This document shows positions 38,233 to 64,000 of a stretch of DNA of 64,000 nucleotides, piece by piece (the stretch's first letter is position 1; the number at the start of each line of letters is the position of its first letter). The position numbers were made by a program, and so were the translations under genes. Source of the stretch: Tubulanus polymorphus (lineage: Eukaryota; Animalia; Nemertea); contig NC_134025.1 of NCBI RefSeq assembly GCF_964204645.1, positions 19,753,101 through 19,817,100 of the forward strand, written 5' to 3'. The notes below the pieces were generated by a model. The model ran no database searches. It saw only the letters and a list, made by a program, of their open reading frames with translations, and had not been told where the DNA came from.

Positions 38233-39262
38233 TATAAATACAGATCAGTTAATTCAATACAGTCCAATATAATAGAAAAGGTGAACAAAAGTTTTTCGTA
38301 TACTGGTCTGTGTTGTCTCCCCAGCAATAATGAAATAATATGCAAATAATAATTATTTTCCCCAAATTTTCTCACCGTACTAATTCTGATTAAATAAAGA
38401 ATATGACAAGTTAACGGTTTTAACTGCTATGAGTGTCCGTTATAAGTCTTTCAAGTATTTTCTACTAATAATGGCAAGCGTGGTTCGCTCAGACTAGGTT
38501 CCCAACGTGGAGCCGCATTAAAAGACCATAAAATACATGACAATTGAAATAAAATCCCACTTCGCTGCCACCAGTGAAACGATTGTCGTCTTGGAGTATT
38601 CTGATGGTAGTATAAGAGGTAATCGCCGCTGTAGTAGGGGACGTTCCGAGTCTTGAACCGGGACAAAAGATAACACACGACTCACCAGGACAAAGGATTC
38701 TTTTCAAGAGGACGATAGGTAAGCCACCTATCGTTAACATTTATTAATACCAATACAAATACACTATATTACAATACAATTACAGGCGGGAGTTACACCA
38801 TTACAGATTTTGTAAAATTGACAATAGACCATCGGCAGCATTATGTTTGATCTTTTATGTGTTAACCCATCTGCTTAATTCAGCTTTTTGATTGTGGTGA
38901 CTTTCAAAAATCAATTAGATAGGCTGACAAAGAAACGTAATCACCTTTTATTAATGGAAGTACCACAGAGTGTACCATATGGCGCTACTGTCCAGTTAGA
39001 AAATATAATGTGGATCGGGAAGACAACTGTAAGACATTTTCCATCACGGTTTGAATTTTACATTACGTTAAGTACAAATGTGTATCATGTTTATTTTGTC
39101 GTGTTTCGATCAATGGCCATGAAAAGAACTTGGTTTCAACTTAAAGGGGAACTGCCGTCAAAAAATAATAATTGGCCATTCATTTCTACTCTTGTTGTTG
39201 TTTAGCATATTGCGAGTTGAAATGTCCAATTCTTCCTAATTAACTTGTATACAATGATTTTT

Positions 39263-39580
39263 AGGCCAGCCGTAGGCTGAGCCTATCACTATACAAATGG
39301 AGCGAATATACGTGACATGGTTTCCAGATGAAAGACTGTTTTGCTTGCCGAGTGAGGGCATATTCGAACAATTCATGTATTCAAGCGTAAATAATTCTCG
39401 AAATTCTACGTAGCATAATTTTGAAATAGGGCTTCATTAAAATGTTTTTAACATTTTTCACGAAAATGAAATCAGAAAAATTTCAATTTTCATCAGCCAA
39501 TCAGGAAGTAGAGTCTTCTCTGTGATTGGGTTATCTGAAAATATCAGGGGCTGTTCACGTGATTGTTAACCAGCATTGTG
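39263..39580 (+). repeat. Dispersed repeat (HINE-like), second diverged copy at 40907-41200
   Basis: Both copies start TTAGGCCAGCC..CTGAGCCTAT.ACTATACAAATGGAG and stay collinear to TGTTCACGTGA. Confidence 0.75.
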
Positions 39581-40678
39581 GATTTTCCGTAGTATGGATT
39601 ACCCTAGCGGCGATACGATTCAGGCATGCGATTCAATAAGCACTAATGTTGAAAGTAATCAATTCTCGAAATTATCGTTATTATTCGTACATATTTCAAC
39701 CATAGCGATTGCCGGTCAATAAATTAATTGCATTTGATCGTTAGAATTATAAATCAAATTCTATTTATGATGTGTTTACTTATACCCGATTATGGATCCT
39801 ATGAATACAATACAACTTTATTGAAACAAAACATTTCCCCAGTTGGGGGAGCCGCGGATATCTACCGGAAGTGCAAATTTGGAGTGGTCCGGCGTCCTCG
39901 ATAATCGACGTTCTCCCTTTGAATTTTGGATTGATATTGAAATCCGGTTAGTGGATTGTGAAAACCCATTGCATGATACTTGTGTCCTTTATTTAAAGAA
40001 AAGCGTCGGGGCCAGGAGCTGCCGCGAGTCAAGTAGCGAAATAGCTTAGGCCTACATCGTGTTCTCTAGCGGTCCTCTTTTATCGAGATGACGCAATTTA
40101 CCTGCTCTTCGTGTGATGTTTTGGCGTCATCCTTATTACCCGGGATGATGCAATTTTTTGACGATGACCCAAGTTGACATAAAATTTGGTCCTTAATTTC
40201 ATTAATAATCAATTGATTTGTGAATATTATGCATCAATGTGTTCAGTAAGGAATTTGCATTCATAAATAAATCATGAATTCGCATGAATTTGTTGGATTT
40301 ATGCAGGCAAATTGATATTCTAAAATGCTGATGGTCTTTGCTAAATGAAGTGGGTTGCTTCAGTAACCCATAGCATTTTGAAATGCTTTTGCTCCAGGTC
40401 TGATTTTCCAAATTTCGAGGCCAAAAAATCCTTGCGAACATAATTATTGACAATAAGTATGTTCGCAAAATTTTTTGTTCTAAGTGGCGGTCGTAAATTC
40501 TATATTTTCAACGGTTTTATAATGAATTTAGGATTATGGTCTAGAGAGGAGAGGATTAGCGTCAAGAGGGTGAGAAATGGGTCCAGAGGGTTAGGGTAAG
40601 GGTCCGTTTTACCCCCTAGGGATAGGATTAGGGTAAGGTGAGGCTATATTTAGTTAAAATGTACGACCGGTTTCCAAC

Positions 40679-40748
40679 GAGCTCGGTGGTCTAGTGGTAT
40701 TATGCTGCGCTAGTAATTAACTGGCCCGGGTTCGAGTCTCGCTCTATC
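40679..40748 (+). repeat. tRNA-derived SINE head / tRNA pseudogene
   Basis: A box TGGTCTAGTGG and B box GGTTCGAGTCT; no proper anticodon arm. Confidence 0.5.
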
Positions 40749-41354
40749 CGCTCTATTTTCTCTAACTCGATTCTCCACACTTGCCTTGAATTTTCGCGCA
40801 CCCTAGTGCGCATGCGAAATGTGAATTAGCCAATCAGAATAAAACGTCATAAAAATAGCCTGAGCGTTTTTTGTTTCTGAGTGCAAATTCCTCACTGAAC
40901 ACATTTATTAGGCCAGCCAAGACTGAGCCTATTACTATACAAATGGAGTGAATTTAAATGACTTGGTTTCCAGAGCAAAGGCTCTTCGAATGTGCAACTG
41001 GGCATATATTCATACAGATCATTCATTAAAGCATTATCCATTCTCCAAACTCTACGTAGCTGAATTTTGAAAGAGGGCCTTGTTGAAATTTATATGAGCT
41101 TTTTCACGAATATCTGATGGCAAAAATATTGGTTTTGAAAGCAAAGACTCCTCTATGATTGGCTTAGCCGCAGAAATCAGCAGGTGTTCACGTGAACCCG
41201 CGGTATCGTCTACCGTTTTACTTCCGGGTTTTATTTTAAGATCTAAAATTGTATTTCAAGATCGATTTCTGTGAAAGCTTTTAGTTGATTTGGTTTTTGG
41301 GAGGAATATTTTTATTAGCACTACAGATAATATCATTGACCATTGTGCAAAGTT

Positions 41355-41700
41355 CGGGAAAAATTGCTTTTTCTCAAATCGGATAGATGACCTTGATATG
41401 CTAATTAGCCAAGAGCTCAAACTACAAATTTAATCAAATTTTATTCTGCAAAAAAATATCAAATCCAATATAATTTTACTTCATGGAACAAATGAAAACA
41501 TCAAATTCAATTCAATTTTGTTTCATTGAGCAAATTTCTGAAAATTCAATTCTATTCCGCATTAAAATCAATAAGACCAAGGGAAAGGTTTATCTGAGGT
41601 ATTTGTTCCTGCCAGATCCAGTCGCTGTCTGTGCTACTATTGTATTCTACGATTGTATTGTGTAAATTATTAGATATTGACTCTGAACTGGGAGTGTATT
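41355..41700 (+). repeat. Dispersed repeat, paralog of the sequence split by the 25570-27559 Gypsy
   Basis: GATGACCTTGATATGCT.ATTAGCC...CCGCATTAAAATCAATA.GACCAAGG...GACTCTGA.CTGGGAGT is also present at 25540-25569 + 27560-27810. Confidence 0.8.
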
Positions 41701-44700
41701 TTGATAAATTTAACCCGCAGAATGCATCATATATGAAAATGCATCATTTATGAAAAGCATAGTGCCCCTTGGGGCTCTTGAAATACTGTTATCAGCAGAA
41801 TTTACAGCAGATGACAGCCTCCAAATTCCAAAGTGAGGCATGCAAACACTGATGACGTATCCCGGCCCATCACACATTCCAGTGTGTACCATCATTGATA
41901 CCCAACACTGATCTCCTATAAATCAATTCAATCATCAGAATCTTAATCAAGCATGGATCAATTAAACAATGTGTGGTTAAACTTACTCCCAGTACTGTTC
42001 ACTAGGTGATTGTATATTACCAGTCGCGTTCGTACAGTTTTTTGTCAGTCCAGAAATAACATTACAATATGGCACTGAAAATAATTCCGATTAATCACAT
42101 ATTGTTAATTGAAAAATCCCAGGCGTAAATTAGATAATCAATAGGACTTACTATCCCAGGCTTTACAGTCAGGAGTATTCCATGCATTGTTACAATCCAT
42201 CCATGGCAGTCATGACGTCAGAGATGCGACCAAATAATAGATAGCCCATGCTATAATTACATTGTAGTAAATAGCAACTAGTCCACTGATCATCGCCATA
42301 GCCCAACCTAAACCTAGTGTAAGTAATAGATAAACCTGGTTTATAAGAATGATTGTTTTATATGGAGGTATCCATTAATTGCCTTGTATATTAATGGTAT
42401 TGAGATATTTACTGCTTTCCACAGTCAAATTTCCAAACAGCGTAACAGTCTGCTGCTTCGTATCCATAAATCAGGAACTGAAGCTGGACGTATCAGCCCC
42501 ACTCCGCGCAGTTGCGCCATTGCGCGGGATTTACGCGAAGCAGCAGAACACAAACATGGCCACTCTCTCAATTTTCAATGATAGAAATTGTGTGTGCATT
42601 TCAATTATTTCGGCTGTTAGGGTTTTAAGGCACAATATAAGTTGATGATGTGATATGGCGATGTTAATTAATGATAATTCCGCAGTGAAGCTTGTCACGA
42701 ACGGTGCCGATTGAGTGTACAGCTGCCAAAAACACTGGAATGTGCGTAGTTCCGTAACTATTTGCAGTGAATTGCAGACGAAACATGAAGCCTTAACGGC
42801 CGTTTGAAAAAAAATTATACCAATCGCAATTGTAAAATAAAAATGAGATAGAACCTAAGTTAAAATTCTGGCCATTTCTAAAATGTTATTACTAATTTTT
42901 AGTCAGTGCGGAACGTTTAGTTTTCCAACAATAATGAGGGGTGGTAGGTAGTCATGCAATTCAAGTCATCATTTATTACACGTTACTTCCGTGTTGTTGA
43001 AAATCTCGCGAGTCCTGGACCAAACCCCAATGAACAATGTGATCTGTGTGCTGGCCACAAATGCACACAGATCACACTACACTACCCATTACACACTCCA
43101 GTACCCACAGCTTTCATATATCCATCCAAATATTTAGTGGCTTTCTTCCTGGATCTGTTCATGTTTGGTAAGAACATGTTTATTCATGTATTGAAACCTT
43201 TTAAACCCTATAACTGCTGCTCCCGAAATAGTCGGGAGCTGAATAAAACTCACTAGGAAGTGTCTTTACCTGGCGGATATAGATAGAATTTTATTTGTAG
43301 CAACGACACAAACTTTACTTCATGGTCGCATAGTTTTTATGGAAAGATTTTACAAGTTACGCTAAAAATGACTTAGAAATACTGGCTGTGAAAGGTTTAA
43401 CAAACAATTGTTATATAGGGTCTGAGTGCAAATCAGTGTTTCTGCATTACCACATAAAAACCCATGATTGTTAGAAACCCAGATATATTGTTACAAAACT
43501 AGCTAATTTTCTTTCTCTCTTGCCTTGAAATTTTTTTGTTTAATGAGATTTTTTTCAGAATCTTGTCTGGGAGTAGGTTTGCTCAAATTCTAATTCCTGA
43601 GTGGTGATTTGGCAGGAGATGGTACATTTTCAATATCCAAAGCAATGCCTAAAAATGCTCAGAATGCACGAAAATGAGACTTATTTTTTTCTTTCGGTGA
43701 CATATTCACCTAAGCTACTGGATCGTCACCCTAAAATCAATAAAAATTCCCTCACCCTTAAATCAATAAAAAGATGTCCGATCCTATACTTATGTATGTA
43801 AAATAAAAAAACCTTTATTCCAGTCTCTAAGCCAGGGATTGTTTCACGACTGATTTCTCGTTTGTCAAGAAGGTGACCAATGAATGATATTAAGTAGAAA
43901 AAACTGTGTGCATAGCCTTATATCTGCCAGTCCAAGTCATTCTTCAGTCCAAGTCATTCCGTATGCAGATGACTACATAACTTGCTCTGAACGGGCTTGA
44001 TCTTTCTAAACCATCATTGTGACTTGATTAGGCTATATCTTACTCCGAAATTTTAGTTGTAGTTGAGTTACATGCTCTATTTGTTATGGCTTCAGTTTCA
44101 TTAACTTTTATGAAGTAGTTTTAATTAATAAGGTTAAATCTTGAAATGACAGATGTGTAAATTTGATTCAATTTTAATCCAACCCCCTAAAAAATATATG
44201 ATTCAATATAATTTTATTTAGTATGAATCGTAGGAAAGAAATCGACCTGAAGGTGTTCCACTGTCATTGTTAGTTGAGAAATGCAAAAATATTCTCATCG
44301 GTTCCTCTGAAAATATTATCAGCCAATCTTTTGAGCACTCTTGTTATTCAATTCATAACATCAGTACCGAAGCTTCAAGGCCCATTGGCTTCCTGTTCAA
44401 AATTTTGTGGGGAAGGACCTCTAGACCGGGCTGTTGCTTTGCCCCTGAAGTTGCCAAACAGTTAGTTCAGCACAGCACCCCTTTTCTTAGCGGTTGCAAC
44501 AAATTTTATCGTACAGTTATTTTTTCCAAGGAGGAAATGCTTAAAACGTTAAACTCGTAGAATATTTATTGACTTTACCCTTTAAACAGTGGAGCTATTT
44601 TCCATACAGTGATCGGACCCTCCGAAGCAAACTGACCAAGAGCTAATTCCAGATAAAACAATGGAATTCCAACAAACGCCATCATGATCATGTATGGAAT

Positions 44701-45124
44701 TAGAAATGCACCTGAAATCAAAATCAGAATCAAACGGTGAAATATAGCAAAGCAATGATAAAGGTTTTTCTGTGTCATGTGTATTCGAAATGAAGGGAAT
44801 TCTAAATTGAAATATTCCACTGTCGATATTTTGGACCTGATGTGGTCACTGGTTTCACTATGTCAGTGTATAATGTGATCCTGAAAATATGTGGTTATTA
44901 GAGGTTGCCAGAGATCCCTATGGATGAAATTGTGGAACATGGACTGGATATTGTTTGGTGGCGCTATCTTGTGGGAACTCCATCTTGAATATGTGTTAAA
45001 TTATGCCGGCTCGTAACCAAAAAACTTGCGCTACTATGAAGACAGGAAATACTTTTTGAATCTTTACTTGAAATGTAAGATAAATTCATTCATACATTTG
45101 AAGTTTTATTAGAATCTTGAAAAT

Positions 45125-46790
45125 ATCTTCTTATCTTCTTCTCTTCTTCTTTGGATACTCGGTAGACAGTCTTTGGTTAGACGTATTTCACCAAGGGTTG
45201 GTGGTTGCATGCGGGTACAAATTAATAGGTAGCGTGAGGGAGGCGCTCCCTAAATGACTCAATGATGCAGAGTCACGAATTGACTGGTCAAGTTTATTTT
45301 AGTCTGAAATAGTTCTTGGTATGAACGAGTTCTTCTGAGTTGCGGTATTGGTATGAGTTTGTTTGTAGCGTTATCTTAGCCCCGGTAAGAGAAGGTTATC
45401 TTCCAGTTGTACGGAGACGAGATCGTGGCGAATCTGGTATAGTAGTGTGAGACGTTGGCTTTTTCTGCGGTGGGCGAGCAGCTCCCAGTTAAGACGCTGT
45501 AGCATCAAGGTCACACTACATTGCCGCCAGTTGTTAACTACAAATCAGGCAGCTTTACTTTGGGTTTTCTCGATATCAGCTGCCGCTTTACTGTTTTCCG
45601 GTGGGTCCCAAATGTGGATTGCATATTCGAGATTTGAGCGACACGGAGCAAAGGATGCTAGTTATTTGAGTTTCGGCGGGCACGAGTGTCCTACTTATGA
45701 AGAAGGGCGATCGGCTAGCCTTAGCAACAGTTCTATTGATATGGTTAGTGGGTGACATATCATTGTTGATTATGACCCCAAGGTGCAGACTATTTGTTAC
45801 GGTACTTAGAAGTTCGCCACTAAGAGAGTAAAAATACGTGGTCTACTTCTGATTAGGACATGTGATAGTCATTGAATGGCACTTCTTCGGGTTGAATCGC
45901 ATTCCCCATTTTGTCACCCACTTTTCTAGCTTAGCTAGGTCTTCATGAAGGACTACGTGGTCCTGGAAGTTACCGATCGGTCTGTAAAGCAGCACGTCAT
46001 CTGCGAATAGTCGGATAGATGATGAGACTTCATCCCGAATGTCGTTAATGTAGCATAGGAAAAGAATCGGTCTGAGACACGTTCCCTGTGGAACGCCGGA
46101 CTCTACTGATGCTCTGGTAGACGTTTTGCCATTCACAACTACCCGTTGCATTTGGTTAGAGAGAAAGTTACCGATCCATTGGTGCATTTCACCTCGTACA
46201 CCGTAATGTTCGAGTTTAATGAGTAATTTCCAATGCGATACGACACCAAATGCTTTTGAAAAATCCAGTACTATTACATCCACTTGTTCGTTTTTGTTGG
46301 TGAAGCCAAGGATATGGGTAGTCGTAGAGACAAGCTGAGTTACACAGGAGCGCTCTAATCGGAAACCATGTTGGCGTATGGTCAGTACACTGTATCTATT
46401 CAAGTGTGACATTAAGTGCCTTACTACAATATGTTCTAGCAACTTGGAGCATACACAAGTCAACAATACAGGTCGGTAGTTGACAGGGTCACTCTTCTTG
46501 TCCTTCTTAAATATAGGAGCGATGTTTGCCTCTTTCCAGTCCGACGGGATATTTTCGGTTCTTAGAGACTGATTGAAAATAAATGTAAGTACAGGTGCTA
46601 GTTCCTGTGACAAACCACTTAACATTTGGTTGAGTATATTGTCAGGGCCACTGGCTTTCGTATCTTTCACTTGGCTAAATCGACTCCTTTTACTGTGATT
46701 CGAATGTTATTGATCGACTGTGTTGGTTCAGTTTCTAAGATTGGTATGTCATTTGGGTCATCCTTGTTGAATACGGAAAAATATGTGACA
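45125..46790 (-). mobile_element. 5'-truncated CR1/L2-group LINE in SLC6 intron
   Basis: ORF 45843..46670 RT (KASGPD, NYRP, QHGFR, LDFSKAF, GVPQG, FADD); (AAG)n-like 3' tail at 45125-45150. Confidence 0.92.
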
Positions 46791-46916
46791 TGTCAAATAA
46801 TCAAACCAAATTGCCCATTCGGTTTCCTGAATCACCTCACACAGTGCGCCGGTTCACTGTGTTAGTCATGTATAAAACACATTCTTGTGGCAAAAATATT
46901 AATATGTATTATATAT

Positions 46917-47594
46917 CAAGCCTGTAGCCAGGATTTTGAAAGGGGCGTTCTTAAATTATAAAAAAGGGCACTTTTGCATGTTTTGTATCCCAGGAAAGCG
47001 TGCATCGTATGCTTAAAAAACAGAATTATGTAGCTATTCCACAAACAATAAAACACAACTAATAAGTTTCAGTATAATCATTTGGAATGTAAGAATGAAG
47101 TTTATTCACCATTAATTTATGTAGTAAGTCAGGCCTGTACGCAGCTTCTCTTTTTGCTGGGTGCAAATTTAGAGAGGGCGGAACTTATTTGATTGCGTTG
47201 GATGGCGACCGCGAGTGCCGCAGACGCGATAAGCCCCACGAAAGTGGTTTAGGGGTCCTCCCCCAAGAAAATTTTATAGAATCACACATCTATAGAATCT
47301 CTGGAAAGTAATCAAAAAGAATACTATGATGAAAATGTTATTAAAGAAATATGAGAAAAGAGTTAATTCGTCAACTGTGTTACTGTGTGAGCCTAGTGTC
47401 AGCCTGATGTGTCTCTGTAAACATTATAAACAACGGACCTGCCAGCTTAGTCGCCGGTAGGATGCCTACACTGAACATCTCAAGTGGTGCCTCTGAACCT
47501 GTTACATAGGCTAAAAAAATTACCAAAATCATGAAGGGGATTTTCGAAAAAGGGGCGTTCGTTAGAACGGACGAACCCCCTGGCTACGGGCTTG
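46917..47594. mobile_element. hAT-like MITE
   Basis: TIR CAAGCC(T/C)GTAGCCAGG, flanking TATATAT on both sides, subterminal AAAGGGGCGTTC repeats. Confidence 0.8.
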
Positions 47595-47937
47595 TATATA
47601 TAAGTTAGAAATATTAAGTTGATTTTGTTCCAAAAACCTTAATGATAAACCAAGGGAATAACAAAAGGGTTCTTTGGGAAGTAGGAGAAAACCCTAATGA
47701 TACAAACCTCCTCCATTCCTGTAGCACAGATAGGGGAATCTCCAAACACTGCATAAACCTACTGCATACCTGGTACATGACAATAAAAACTCTTAACTTT
47801 CCTCCCCAGTTTCCTCTTTCTATATCTTCTCCTTTTATTTCATCGTCATCAGTCGATGATTTCTGATTTTCCTATAAAAAGACGGAATTCTATAAATAAA
47901 GAAGATTCGTAGAGTAGCCGTGTTAATCGGGTTTAGA

Positions 47938-48105
47938 ATGAATAATGAGACGAGTAGTACTATATACGGTAGACCAGACTATTTATTTGACGAGCTTTTG
48001 CTACTAATGTATAGAAGCTTCATGAAGCTTCTATACATTAGTAACAAAAGCTTGTGCGTCAAATAAATAGTTTACCTGAATAGTACCACTCGTTTCATTA
48101 TTCAT
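47938..48105. repeat. Long palindrome (Penelope-like inverted remnant)
   Basis: Perfect 42-bp palindrome at 48002-48043 within ~85-bp imperfect arms. Confidence 0.8.
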
Positions 48106-49498
48106 AAATAAAGAAATATATAATAAACAGAAATGTCAATTCAAATTGATGATTTAGATCTTAGGATTTTGGCTCGCTTTAGTCTGCCGAAATAGCAATA
48201 GGAGTCATACTGGATGCGATCAGAATCCTCATTGCATGTTCCTAAATACTGTTGATGCGGTCGATGATCATTAGAACAACAATTAAAAGTGATTAAATTA
48301 TTTCTGTGTTATATTGAATAATCGCTCAGTGTCAAACATTATTGTTATTCAATGCTGTATCAAAAAAAGGCATCAAATAGTGCATAAGCACTAGGCCTGT
48401 TCAAAACCCTCTCTCCCCCACACGTATTTGCTTGCATTTTCACTGAACCCCCCTGTTGTGTGTTCCTACTCATTGAAAGTTCCCTTACGTACAGCGTTAC
48501 GTACATTATTTTTACTTCACACTGCTAGGTGAGCCACTAGACCTTGATATTCTAATAATAGGGATAATGAAGTAAGGGGCATAAGTGGATGGTACTATAT
48601 TATTACCATTGATGAAATACACAGTTTGTGTTTTGAAGATAATATAAAACCTACTCTAGGAATAGAAAGAGTTTGAAATGCTTCCTCGAAAATGTTTATC
48701 CAATGTTTGGACTGTATTCAAATCGCCATTCAGGCTTAGATCCAAGGGGTGCTACCCTCACATTTTCAGTTGGCCCCGAAAATCATTCCTGTCAAAAATT
48801 TGGTACCACCTGAGGAGTTCGAAAGGCTGATATTGTATTAATGTGATTGGGTATATATAAAAGCGCAGCCCTGAAACTACTCACATTTTCTCTAGTATCA
48901 GCTGTGGTGGTATCCATGGTTCAGATATGAATTGAAATACCACTGAATCAGAAAAGATTTTGATTGACGACGAAATCAACCCAGAAATCAGAAAAACAAT
49001 GAGGAATGCATGTAGATTTTTCAAAATCAAATAATCAATACAAAAACCTGTTTTTAACCCTGTGGCATTCATTCAGTATTGTGATAAAGCTTCTGGTCGA
49101 ACACAAAATATTCTTTTCAAGAATTATGTTTAAAAACTGTTTATTCAGGGGCAGATCCAGGGGCTAACTTTAAAGAACTTGTCACATCCCAGAAGGGCAC
49201 TTCCATGTCCAAAAATGCAATAATAGGTGCATGAAGATATGGCAAGGGTTTTCTGCCTTCATTGTTCAGTGTACTGCATTAACAATGTTTATCTGCTCCT
49301 GTGCAATATTATATTTTCAACTGTTCTCTCTCCGATTTTGAAGAATTATCTGTTCTTGTTTGGTAATACAGAAATATGAATTCATCGTATTATAAGATTT
49401 TTATAATTTAGTCACCTTAATGCATGCTTATTTCTAATCCGAATTCCTTTTTATAGTCTACCAATTCCAGCCTCGTAGCACTCAATGAACCACCTGCC

Positions 49499-62897
<13,399 letters not shown>

Positions 62898-63667
62898 GTA
62901 TGGGACTAGGGTAGAATCTCTCTACATTGAACACTTGACTTAGGTGCATTGGGAGCAATTTTTGATTGCCGCAGCCAATCACGATTTTTGACAGGTTCTA
63001 ATAATATATTGCTGCAGCGAATTTACTTCCAATTTCTTCAAAAAATGGTATACAAGGAAAAAGGCATCATTCAGTGAATTATTGCCACGGCTTTCGATGC
63101 TGCAGTTCCAACACCACTGGTCTTGGTACCCATGGGCGTTCCTAGGGGGGTTTGGTAGTTCAAACGAACCCCTGCTTTGAATTTTCAAACGTCAATGAAC
63201 GTCGGCACATGGTCTGCATTTGCTAGATTAGCAAAATAAAATCAATACATGCAAAGTAAACGGGAACCAGTCTATCTATCGGCCTCAGATTGCACCAGAA
63301 CGCACCTGCTTGCACGAAATTTTTCAAAAGTTTTCTGGGGAGGATACCCAGACCCCCTCCATTCCTAAAAACGAACTCCCCAAAAAGAAATCCTGGGGAT
63401 GCCCACGGTACCCTGTAAAGAAGTGTTCACTGTATAAAGAGAGGTTTGAACAATTGACATCCTGTCACCTGTACATGATGTTTATCTTTGCATCTTAATT
63501 TACTTACTACAATTTTAGATGAAGTGATAATTAGTATTCACAAACTGGTTCATAATGAACACGTTTTCAGTAAATACACATTAATTAACAACTTTTGACT
63601 GGCCAGACATACTGGCATTGTTCACTGTAGCAATGTGTTACGCATATATGATAAGATGTGTGTTACT

Positions 63668-63745
63668 ACTGGCCAAGTGGACCAGTTCTACTGGTCTACT
63701 TGCTTTCTACGTACGAGACCCGGGTTCAATTCCCGGTGAGTGCGC
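63668..63745 (+). repeat. tRNA-derived SINE head / tRNA pseudogene
   Basis: A box TGGCCAAGTGG and T-arm CCGGGTTCAATTCCCGG; D and anticodon regions disrupted. Confidence 0.5.
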
Positions 63746-64000
63746 GTTATTTCACTGTCACTTCTCTTAATCGTTACATTACCTCATCCCACATGGGCAA
63801 CAGGATGAAAATGATAATATGCACACATACACAACATGAATAATAATGATAATAATATAAATCACCTGAGGACAGCAGAATTTAGAGGGGATTTATATTG
63901 GTGCCTATGCATATTCAATATCTAAACTTTGCTAATGATTGTGAATTAAGCAATAATATTGCTTATCTTACAATCATTATTGCTTGATTCACGATCATTA

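Larger units (their letters stand above)
29794..38805 (-). mobile_element. Near full-length Gypsy LTR retrotransposon with extra ORF3
   Basis: 5' LTR 38575-38805 and 3' LTR 29794-31767 (interrupted), TG...CA ends, 4-bp TSD GATT. tRNA-Leu-type PBS TGGTGGCAGCGAAGTGGG, PPT TAGGGGGGAGTGG, domain order gag-PR-RT-RH-INT. Confidence 0.95.
27850..39230 (-). mobile_element. CMC/EnSpm-like DNA transposon remnant split by the Gypsy at 29794-38805
   Basis: Transposase motifs ELSRW..IKHNA..LLSIL (38810-38885) joined to AQTLLET..YYYLG..LNNNDLPFFKSS..LWPVL, HGCDKC, LRTDNSF and DFMH*VCLAVMK (29130-29793). DUF4806-like exon at 28075-28216. Confidence 0.8.
41872..47871 (-). pseudogene. SLC6 sodium:neurotransmitter symporter family pseudogene (5' exons only)
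   Basis: Exons: 47708-47871 ([35 protein letters not shown], frameshift); 44580-44711 ([20 protein letters not shown]); 42152-42313 (IYYNVIIAW..TS*LPW..C.N.WNT); 41987-42074 (SPSEQYW); 41872-41915. Confidence 0.88.

Noticed and set aside
40545-40645. Telomere-like GGTTAG/GGTAAG motifs
   Set aside because: Short and degenerate, inside a small inverted-repeat element; not an interstitial telomere array.
39263-41200. Two direct repeats as LTRs of one element
   Set aside because: No TG...CA ends, PBS, PPT or TSD; they are better explained as separate diverged copies.
42210-42212. In-frame TGA as possible selenocysteine in SLC6
   Set aside because: The position is not a conserved Cys, and the gene has other disabling lesions.
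43201-43400. Small TTAA-flanked MITE
   Set aside because: The inverted-repeat match is too weak to support a call.

Overview
This is AT-rich metazoan, most likely invertebrate, nuclear DNA dominated by decayed and nested transposable elements, with GT-AG introns. I see no prokaryotic operons, rRNA or CRISPR arrays. There are two host genes. One is an apparently intact, intron-rich fidgetin-like 1 (FIGNL1) AAA-ATPase on + (ATG 49499, running off the window after 62897). The other is a head-to-head SLC6 neurotransmitter:sodium symporter pseudogene on - (41872-47871). The first ~39 kb is a TE stack containing: a DIRS-type tyrosine-recombinase retrotransposon with a methyltransferase domain; a TTAA-bounded piggyBac remnant holding Tc1/pogo, hAT, ISL2EU/Harbinger, Helentron and Penelope-hammerhead fragments; a BEL/Pao remnant with a 33-bp hairpin tandem array; a 31-bp array tied to TAYGG-terminal elements; a Sola fragment; three Gypsy elements; and a CMC/EnSpm transposase. 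The most notable structure is a near full-length Gypsy (29794-38805) inserted into that EnSpm gene. It has a splice-acceptor-led third ORF in the env position that encodes an SGNH-hydrolase-like protein, and its 3' LTR is interrupted by a Mutator-like element carrying an intron-containing Ulp1 protease + PHD finger gene. All family calls come from recognising motifs by eye, and coordinates of degenerate elements are approximate.
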